Shown piece after piece: positions 15,969 to 21,230 of a stretch of DNA of 21,230 nt (within the stretch, counting starts at the first letter, position 1; each line of letters starts with the position of its first letter). Where the stretch lies: positions 42,102 to 63,331 of the forward strand of contig JBBDRF010000003.1 of assembly GCA_040905565.1 (NCBI GenBank), written 5' to 3'. Position numbers and translations under genes: made by a program. The notes beneath the pieces were generated by a model, which ran no database searches, had not been told where the DNA came from, and saw only the letters and a list, made by a program, of their open reading frames with translations. This stretch comes from Phycisphaeraceae bacterium (lineage in GTDB: Bacteria; Planctomycetota; Phycisphaerae; Phycisphaerales; Zrk34).

Positions 15969-17435
15969 TCACACTTCGTCGGTGATTTCAAACGGCTTGC
16001 GGTACTCTTCGCGGACCAGCTTGTTGGCCTGTTCAGCGTGGTCGCCGACGAAGCGTTCGGTCTGCGGATCGAAGTTGAGCCACGGGCCGAGCGTCGGCTT
16101 CTCGATTTCGAGGTTCACGTCGTTGGCCCGCAGATGTTCGACCTTCTGCTGCCAGGCCTCGGAGGCCTCGGCGTACCCGCTGATCTGCTGCTCCACCGCT
16201 TCGGTCGTGGCCGGTCGGCCGACGCGCTGGCTGATGTTGCCCGTGTGCAGCAGCAGGCAACCCTGGTGGCCGCCTTCGATGTCGGCGTTGAGATCGGCGA
16301 TGTCGCGGGAGCGGCAGGCCTCGAAGAAGTTGGCGATGTGCTTGCGGCCGCCGTCGCCGGGCAGGTTGCGGACGCGTTCGCCGGCGTTGTCGCGCAGCTC
16401 GCCTCCGCCTCGTGAAACGGCGATATAGCCGCCCTCGCACTTGATGAGATTGCTGAAGCGGAAATCGCGGCCGAAGGCGTGATAGCTGGCCGTGCCGCGC
16501 TCGCGGCCTTCGTCGTCGACGTGGGGCAGGTTACGGCTACCGAAGATGATGGGAACCTTCCAGTCCATCAGGATCATCTGGGTGTTGGGCGTGTTGGCGT
16601 CGTCGTCGTATTTGAATCGGCCGCCGACGCTCATCATGCGGGTGGGAACGTCGTCGCCCATCTGCAGGAGATGATGGATGTCGTCGACGACGTGGATGAC
16701 GCGGTTGCCCATATCGCCGTTGCCGTAATCCCAGAGCCAATGCCAGTCATAGTGAAAGCGGTTCCGCATGACGGGGACGGTCGGCCGAGGCCCCGCCCAG
16801 AGATCGTAGTTGATGTGATCGGGGACGGGCTGTGGCTCGCTGACCTTGCCGATGGGGCCACGGTGGGCGTACCAGAGCGAGTGGGCCCACTGCACTTCGC
16901 CGAGCTCTTTGTTCGCAATCGCTTCGCGGGCTGCGATCATGGCGGGGTCGGAGCGGTGCTGCGTGCCGACCTGCACAATGCGGTTGTACTTGCGGGCGGC
17001 CTCGACCATCTTCCGGCCTTCCCAGATGGAATGGCTGGCGGGCTTTTCGACGTAGACATCCTTGCCCGCCTGGCAGGCCATGATCGTGGCGAGGGCGTGC
17101 CAGTGGTTCGGCGTGGCGATGACGACGGCGTCGATCGAGTCGTCGGCCAGCAGATCGCGGTAGTCCTGGTATTTCTTGTAGTCGCGATCCTTCGATGCCT
17201 GGTCCATGTGGGTCGTGTCAGGATCGCAGACGGCGACGACGGAGACGCCGGGCACTTCGTTCACCCAGCCGACGTTCCCCTTGCCTCGGCCGCCGCACCC
17301 GACGATACCTACGCGGATGCGATCGTTGGCGCCGCGCACCTGAGCGCCGGGTGTCAGCATCAATCCCCCGGCAACGGCGGCACTGGTGGCCATGAAGCGA
17401 CGGCGTGTCAGACGGTAGTTGCGAGCTTCGGACAT
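15969..17435 (-). CDS. Tat-exported Gfo/Idh/MocA family NAD(P)-dependent oxidoreductase
   Basis: TRRRFM Tat motif, IRVGIVGCGGRG, IATPNHWH, VYVEKP, VQVGTQHRS, WDYGNGDMGN. Confidence 0.95.
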   Translation of the reverse strand: MSEARNYRLTRRRFMATSAAVAGGLMLTPGAQVRGANDRIRVGIVGCGGRGKGNVGWVNEVPGVSVVAVCDPDTTHMDQASKDRDYKKYQDYRDLLADDSIDAVVIATPNHWHALATIMACQAGKDVYVEKPASHSIWEGRKMVEAARKYNRIVQVGTQHRSDPAMIAAREAIANKELGEVQWAHSLWYAHRGPIGKVSEPQPVPDHINYDLWAGPRPTVPVMRNRFHYDWHWLWDYGNGDMGNRVIHVVDDIHHLLQMGDDVPTRMMSVGGRFKYDDDANTPNTQMILMDWKVPIIFGSRNLPHVDDEGRERGTASYHAFGRDFRFSNLIKCEGGYIAVSRGGGELRDNAGERVRNLPGDGGRKHIANFFEACRSRDIADLNADIEGGHQGCLLLHTGNISQRVGRPATTEAVEQQISGYAEASEAWQQKVEHLRANDVNLEIEKPTLGPWLNFDPQTERFVGDHAEQANKLVREEYRKPFEITDEV

Positions 17436-17505
17436 GTGAATGTTCCTTCGTTACAGGAGCGCGGTCGGTTGTGGTGGACTTCAGCGGGGAGTCGTGCGGT
17501 CTACC

Positions 17506-18348
17506 TCATGGGGAGTTCGACGGTGGGGCGGGGATGGCGTCTATCGCTTCGTGCAGATAACGCAGCGAAGCTTCGGCGATGGTGTGGGCGTCGGGCGAGT
17601 AGTCGAAGACTTCGACGCTGACGTAGTCCTCGTATCCGACCTTCTGCAGTGCTGCCATGATCGGCACGAAGTCGACGTCGCCGAAACCCGGGCCGCGACG
17701 ATTGGCGTCGTTGGCGTGGAAGTGCGCGAGGTAAGGCCCGCCTCTGCGGATGATGTCCGCATAGCCAGCCTGCTCCCGGCTCATCGCTTTCACGTCCAGC
17801 AGCAGGCGACACGCTGGGTGGTCGACACGCTTGATGAACGCGATCGCTTCCGAAGCGGTTGTCAGGAAGTTCGCTTCGTCGACGCTTAGCGGTTCCATCG
17901 CAATGGTCACGCCCAGTGGCCCCGCCACTTCACAGACGCCTCGCACGACTTCGACCGCATCGGATTCGGCTCGCTCGCGTCTTTGCTCGGGCTCAATCCA
18001 TCGTTGACGCGGGCTGCCCCAGACCATCACTTTGCCTTCCATGGCGGCGCACATCCGCGCCAGGTGCGATACATATTCCTGCGTGTGTCGGCGAACGTCT
18101 GCGTCGTCGCTGGTCAGGCTTACGTCACGCGCCCCGGCCAGGAGCCAGTGAAGGCCCACCACTTCCAAGCCCGCCCGGCGAGCCGTCTCGCCGACCCGTT
18201 TTGCGTCGCGCTCGGTGATCGCATGCGGCGATTCGGCGAGGGTGAACGGGGCGATCTCGATGCCGTCGTACCCGCAGGATGCCGCGTCTTCGCAAGCCGC
18301 AGCAAACGGACGATCTTCGTAGACCTCGTTGCAGATCGAAAATTTCAT
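17506..18348 (-). CDS. Sugar phosphate isomerase/epimerase, D-tagatose/D-psicose 3-epimerase-like TIM barrel
   Basis: MKFSICNE, YDGIEIAPF, GLHWLL, VWGSP, metal ligands MEPL, LDVKAM, HFHAND, SVEVF. Start trimmed to ATG 18348. Confidence 0.92.
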   Translation of the reverse strand: MKFSICNEVYEDRPFAAACEDAASCGYDGIEIAPFTLAESPHAITERDAKRVGETARRAGLEVVGLHWLLAGARDVSLTSDDADVRRHTQEYVSHLARMCAAMEGKVMVWGSPRQRWIEPEQRRERAESDAVEVVRGVCEVAGPLGVTIAMEPLSVDEANFLTTASEAIAFIKRVDHPACRLLLDVKAMSREQAGYADIIRRGGPYLAHFHANDANRRGPGFGDVDFVPIMAALQKVGYEDYVSVEVFDYSPDAHTIAEASLRYLHEAIDAIPAPPSNSP

Positions 18349-18755
18349 ACATCTCGCTCGAAGAATGGTTGAATCATCTTCATTATCCGCACGAGCAGAA
18401 CGCGCTGCCAGTGCCATAATGCGCAAAGCTTTGGTCACTTTCGGCATGCCGACGGTCCCGGTCGGCGGTCGCTGCCGGGGAAACTCGGATTGATGCGGGC
18501 GCGCCGACGTCACAGTTAATCAGGCTGAGAAAGTAACGCATTAATAAACTTTGCGGCATGTCGTTTTGCGGGCTGGGCCGAAATGTGCGGAAGTGTCAAT
18601 TTGGTGTAAGTTTCTGTTCACATCTTGCGATTTCACGAGCCAAAGTGGGTTTATGCGGGTTGTGCAGGCGTCAGTGCGGTGTAGGCTTTGTTTTGCGAGA
18701 AAAATAGAGTTTAGGAATGTCAGTGGAGGGTTACGAAAAACTCGGAACAAAACTG

Positions 18756-18783
18756 TTTACTTTCTGAGAATTTAATTTATACT
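18756..18783 (+). promoter_or_regulatory. sigma70 promoter giving a probably leaderless lacI-family mRNA
   Basis: TTTACT (18756-18761), 16-nt spacer, TATACT (18778-18783), 6 nt, then ATG 18790; no SD. Confidence 0.6.
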
Positions 18784-18789
18784 TCAGTC

Positions 18790-19857
18790 ATGTCGATTCA
18801 TCAGGTTGCCAAGCTTGCCGGTGTTTCCCACACGACTGTGTCGCGCGTGATCAATCACAAGCCAGGTGTTTCGGCTGAGCGGGCGAAGATGGTGCGGGAG
18901 GTGATGGAGCGGCTGGCGTACACCCCGAAGCCGCGTGGCCAGCGTCGCGGCCCTACGGCACGAAGCATGGTGAAACTCCCGCGAACGCTGGACGTGTTCG
19001 CGCTCGTGGCGCCGGAACTGGCCAAGGGTCTCTACCCCGCGTTGCAGCAGGGCTTCGCCACGGCCGCCGCCGACCGCGGCCTTCAAATCATCGCTTCGCC
19101 TACGGACAACGATGTCTACAAGCAGGCCGACGTCCTTATCCAGTTGATCGACAAGGGCGTGGCGGGGGTGGCGATGGTGCCTGCTTCGGTGGGCCTGCCG
19201 CCGGCGCATCACATTCGGCTGCTGCATCACTACGGCATCCCGGTGGTGCTGCTGCATCGCGCGGTGTCGGGCGTGACGGCACCGCTGATCACGTTGCCTG
19301 CCGAGCGGATCGGCGAGATGGCGGGCGAACGCATCGCCAAGGCGGGGCACAAGCGGGTCGCCTACCTCGCCACCCAGCGTGGGCGCGTCGCGGAGCAGTA
19401 CGAGCGAGGCTTCCGGACGGCACTTAAGGCGGAGGGCGTCGCCCTGCCTGATTCACTGGTCGATTACGCCGACATGCGCAGCCTCACCCCCAGCGATTAC
19501 GAGCAGTACCGCGCCCACGCCACCGCGGCCCTTCATCGTCTGATGAAGGGGCCCAATGCTCCCACCGTTCTGTTTACGAGTTTCGAGGCCAGTGCAGAAG
19601 TTCTCTACCTCGAAGCCCTGCGGATGGGGCTGAACGTCCCCGAGGATCTCTCCATTGTCACTGTCGGCAGTCCGCAGCGTACCGGAGCCATTAGCCAGTG
19701 CCTCACAGCCGTCGCCGTCGACGAAGCCCGCGTAGGGGGCGATGCCGCCCGGCTGCTGGACGAAATGGTGCAGGGCGAAAGAGCGATCGATGACGATGAA
19801 ACATTCGCAGCGAATATCGCTTTCGATGAAGGCGAGACACTGGGGCCGCCGCGATAA
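18790..19857 (+). CDS. LacI family transcriptional regulator
   Basis: MSIHQVAKLAGVSHTTVSRVIN HTH; periplasmic-binding-protein-like domain with GHKRVAYL and GLNVPEDLSIV. Confidence 0.95.
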   Translation: MSIHQVAKLAGVSHTTVSRVINHKPGVSAERAKMVREVMERLAYTPKPRGQRRGPTARSMVKLPRTLDVFALVAPELAKGLYPALQQGFATAAADRGLQIIASPTDNDVYKQADVLIQLIDKGVAGVAMVPASVGLPPAHHIRLLHHYGIPVVLLHRAVSGVTAPLITLPAERIGEMAGERIAKAGHKRVAYLATQRGRVAEQYERGFRTALKAEGVALPDSLVDYADMRSLTPSDYEQYRAHATAALHRLMKGPNAPTVLFTSFEASAEVLYLEALRMGLNVPEDLSIVTVGSPQRTGAISQCLTAVAVDEARVGGDAARLLDEMVQGERAIDDDETFAANIAFDEGETLGPPR

Positions 19858-20078
19858 GCATGAGATCCCGGCGGGCAATGTCGTGCCGCCCGCCTGAGAG
19901 GACGAGAACGCAAGATCATGCATGCGCTAATCAGTCGCAAGAGCGGGAAAGTGAGAGCAAGCCATGCTCAAAAGGAGACTGCAAGCATGAAACACCATCG
20001 CTGAGCATCCATGTCTGAAGTGGATGCAACTTGATCGAGAACCCTTCCCTTCCCCTCGAACCGAATTGGAGTATGAGA

Positions 20079-20912
20079 ATGTTCACGAGAAAAACCCTTA
20101 CTGCCGCGATCGTCGGTTGTGCCTCGGCCGGTCTGCTTGCTGCGCCCGTCAATCAAGCCAGCGCCGCCATGCTTTACAACCAGACCACCGACACCGTCAT
20201 GTTCCAGTACGGCTACGAAGATGGCCCGGCCCACGACGTCAACCCCAGCGGCAACATCACCAACCACACCCCCACCATCGGTGACTGGGCACCGCCTCTC
20301 TCAGCCACTACGGGGAAAGCGTTCGTCTACGAGACCTTTACAAACACCGTTGGTAGCGTGACTCCCTACACCGGCGATCAGTTCCTTCGCACCTACAACC
20401 ACAGTGGCAACGGCGGGGTTTCTGGCGAGATGGCAGCCGACGCCACTTCCAGCATCGGTGACACGATCGTCTTCCGGACCGCCTACTTCAACCAGAGGGG
20501 CATCGCCGCGCTCAAGCTTTTCCATGGCAGTACCGACACCGGCCGTGACAACGCGGTGTGGCTGAACCTCTGGGCCGACGGCAGAATCAGCACGTACATC
20601 GAGACCGACCAACTCGATCTTCAGAGCACGCATGTCGGCGGCGAATGGAACGAACTCGAGATCGTCTACGTCAACGGCGAAGATACCGCCACGCTCAGCG
20701 TCAACGGCGGCGCTGCGGAAACGTTCGACATATGGGCCGGCTCCGGTGCCGTCACCGGGTTCCAATTTCAGACGAATCAGAGTCTTGCCGAGGCGATGTG
20801 GGACGCAATCCCCGCGGCCGAGGAACCTCCCACGACCTTGATCCCCGAGCCGGCTTCGCTGTCGCTGCTCGGCCTCGGCGGGCTGGCGATGCTGCGTCGC
20901 CGTCGCGTCTAA
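20079..20912 (+). CDS. PEP-CTERM sorting-domain surface protein
   Basis: Signal peptide ending ASA-A; C-terminal LIPEPASLSLLGLGGLAMLRRRRV; GGAG before ATG 20079 (alternative 20073). Confidence 0.92.
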   Translation: MFTRKTLTAAIVGCASAGLLAAPVNQASAAMLYNQTTDTVMFQYGYEDGPAHDVNPSGNITNHTPTIGDWAPPLSATTGKAFVYETFTNTVGSVTPYTGDQFLRTYNHSGNGGVSGEMAADATSSIGDTIVFRTAYFNQRGIAALKLFHGSTDTGRDNAVWLNLWADGRISTYIETDQLDLQSTHVGGEWNELEIVYVNGEDTATLSVNGGAAETFDIWAGSGAVTGFQFQTNQSLAEAMWDAIPAAEEPPTTLIPEPASLSLLGLGGLAMLRRRRV

Positions 20913-20925
20913 GCCGTAAGAGAAT

Positions 20926-20960
20926 CTGGCCCGCTCGAGTTTGTTCCGTGAGCGGGCCAG
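20926..20960 (+). other. Stable hairpin after the PEP-CTERM gene, without a U-tract (mRNA-stabilising or partial terminator)
   Basis: CTGGCCCGCTC, 13-nt loop, GAGCGGGCCAG; followed by purine-rich sequence. Confidence 0.55.
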
Positions 20961-21156
20961 TGGAGAAAGAACTGCTGGAGGGAAAAGGAGTGCGTTGCGC
21001 TCGCGATCTCGTGATGACGAGCAAATCCAAAGAATCCATCGAAAGGAAACGTTTGGACGTACGCCACGAATAAGCGCGTAGTCGGCTCGGACGCATTTCA
21101 ACACTTCACCGCAATCGAAAACAGATTCCCCCACCCCTTCATTTGGAGCAGGACAC

Positions 21157-21230
21157 ATGCGTAGAACGAAACAAGCTGGCCTGCCTGAAAACTATGTGCC
21201 AGCCGTTGTGAGAGTCGGTTGGTTGATGGC
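21157..21230 (+). CDS. 5' fragment of the next gene, possibly a secreted protein
   Basis: GGAGCAGGA SD, then ATG 21157: MRRTKQAGLPENYVPAVVRVGWLM..., open to the window end. Confidence 0.5.
   Translation, partial: MRRTKQAGLPENYVPAVVRVGWLM

Noticed and set aside
18400..18416. Minus-strand TGGCACTGGCAGCGC as a sigma54 promoter for the epimerase
   Set aside because: The -12 element is GCGC rather than TTGC; too weak to call.
1..21230. CRISPR array, tRNA/rRNA, IS element or integrase
   Set aside because: No regularly spaced repeats, cloverleaf motifs, terminal inverted repeats or recombinase ORFs were seen; the Gln- and Lys-rich repeats are coding low-complexity sequence.

Overview
GC-rich bacterial chromosomal window. 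Gene content (PEP-CTERM proteins, dksA-lspA linkage, Tat-exported Gfo/Idh/MocA enzyme) suggests a planctomycete, probably Phycisphaerae; this is inference. There are four blocks. (1) 1-3434, minus strand housekeeping: one-cysteine DksA/TraR, lspA, mtnP and a truncated alpha/beta-hydrolase missing from the ORF track. (2) 3576-9906, a divergent stress/repair island: BON lipoprotein, Ig/PKD-like lipoprotein, YhfW-like FAD/Rieske oxidoreductase and YciF ferritin-like protein on the minus strand, and a split NHEJ operon (LigD ligase domain, Ku, LigD polymerase domain) on the plus strand behind a SigB/SigF-like promoter motif. (3) 10159-14800, a signalling block where several parts look degenerate: a probable decayed PAS-HisKA_3-HATPase kinase pseudogene in an apparently empty 1.1 kb gap, an intact NarL regulator, a GNAT without the acetyl-CoA loop, a sigma54 activator with an atypical receiver, then a long hairpin that buries an SD and small ORF. 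(4) 14873-21230, a carbohydrate-associated locus: two PEP-CTERM surface proteins, a Tat oxidoreductase, a sugar epimerase and a probably leaderless LacI with a non-canonical hinge. No rRNA, tRNA, CRISPR or transposase was seen. All homology calls are from motif recognition by eye, not database searches.
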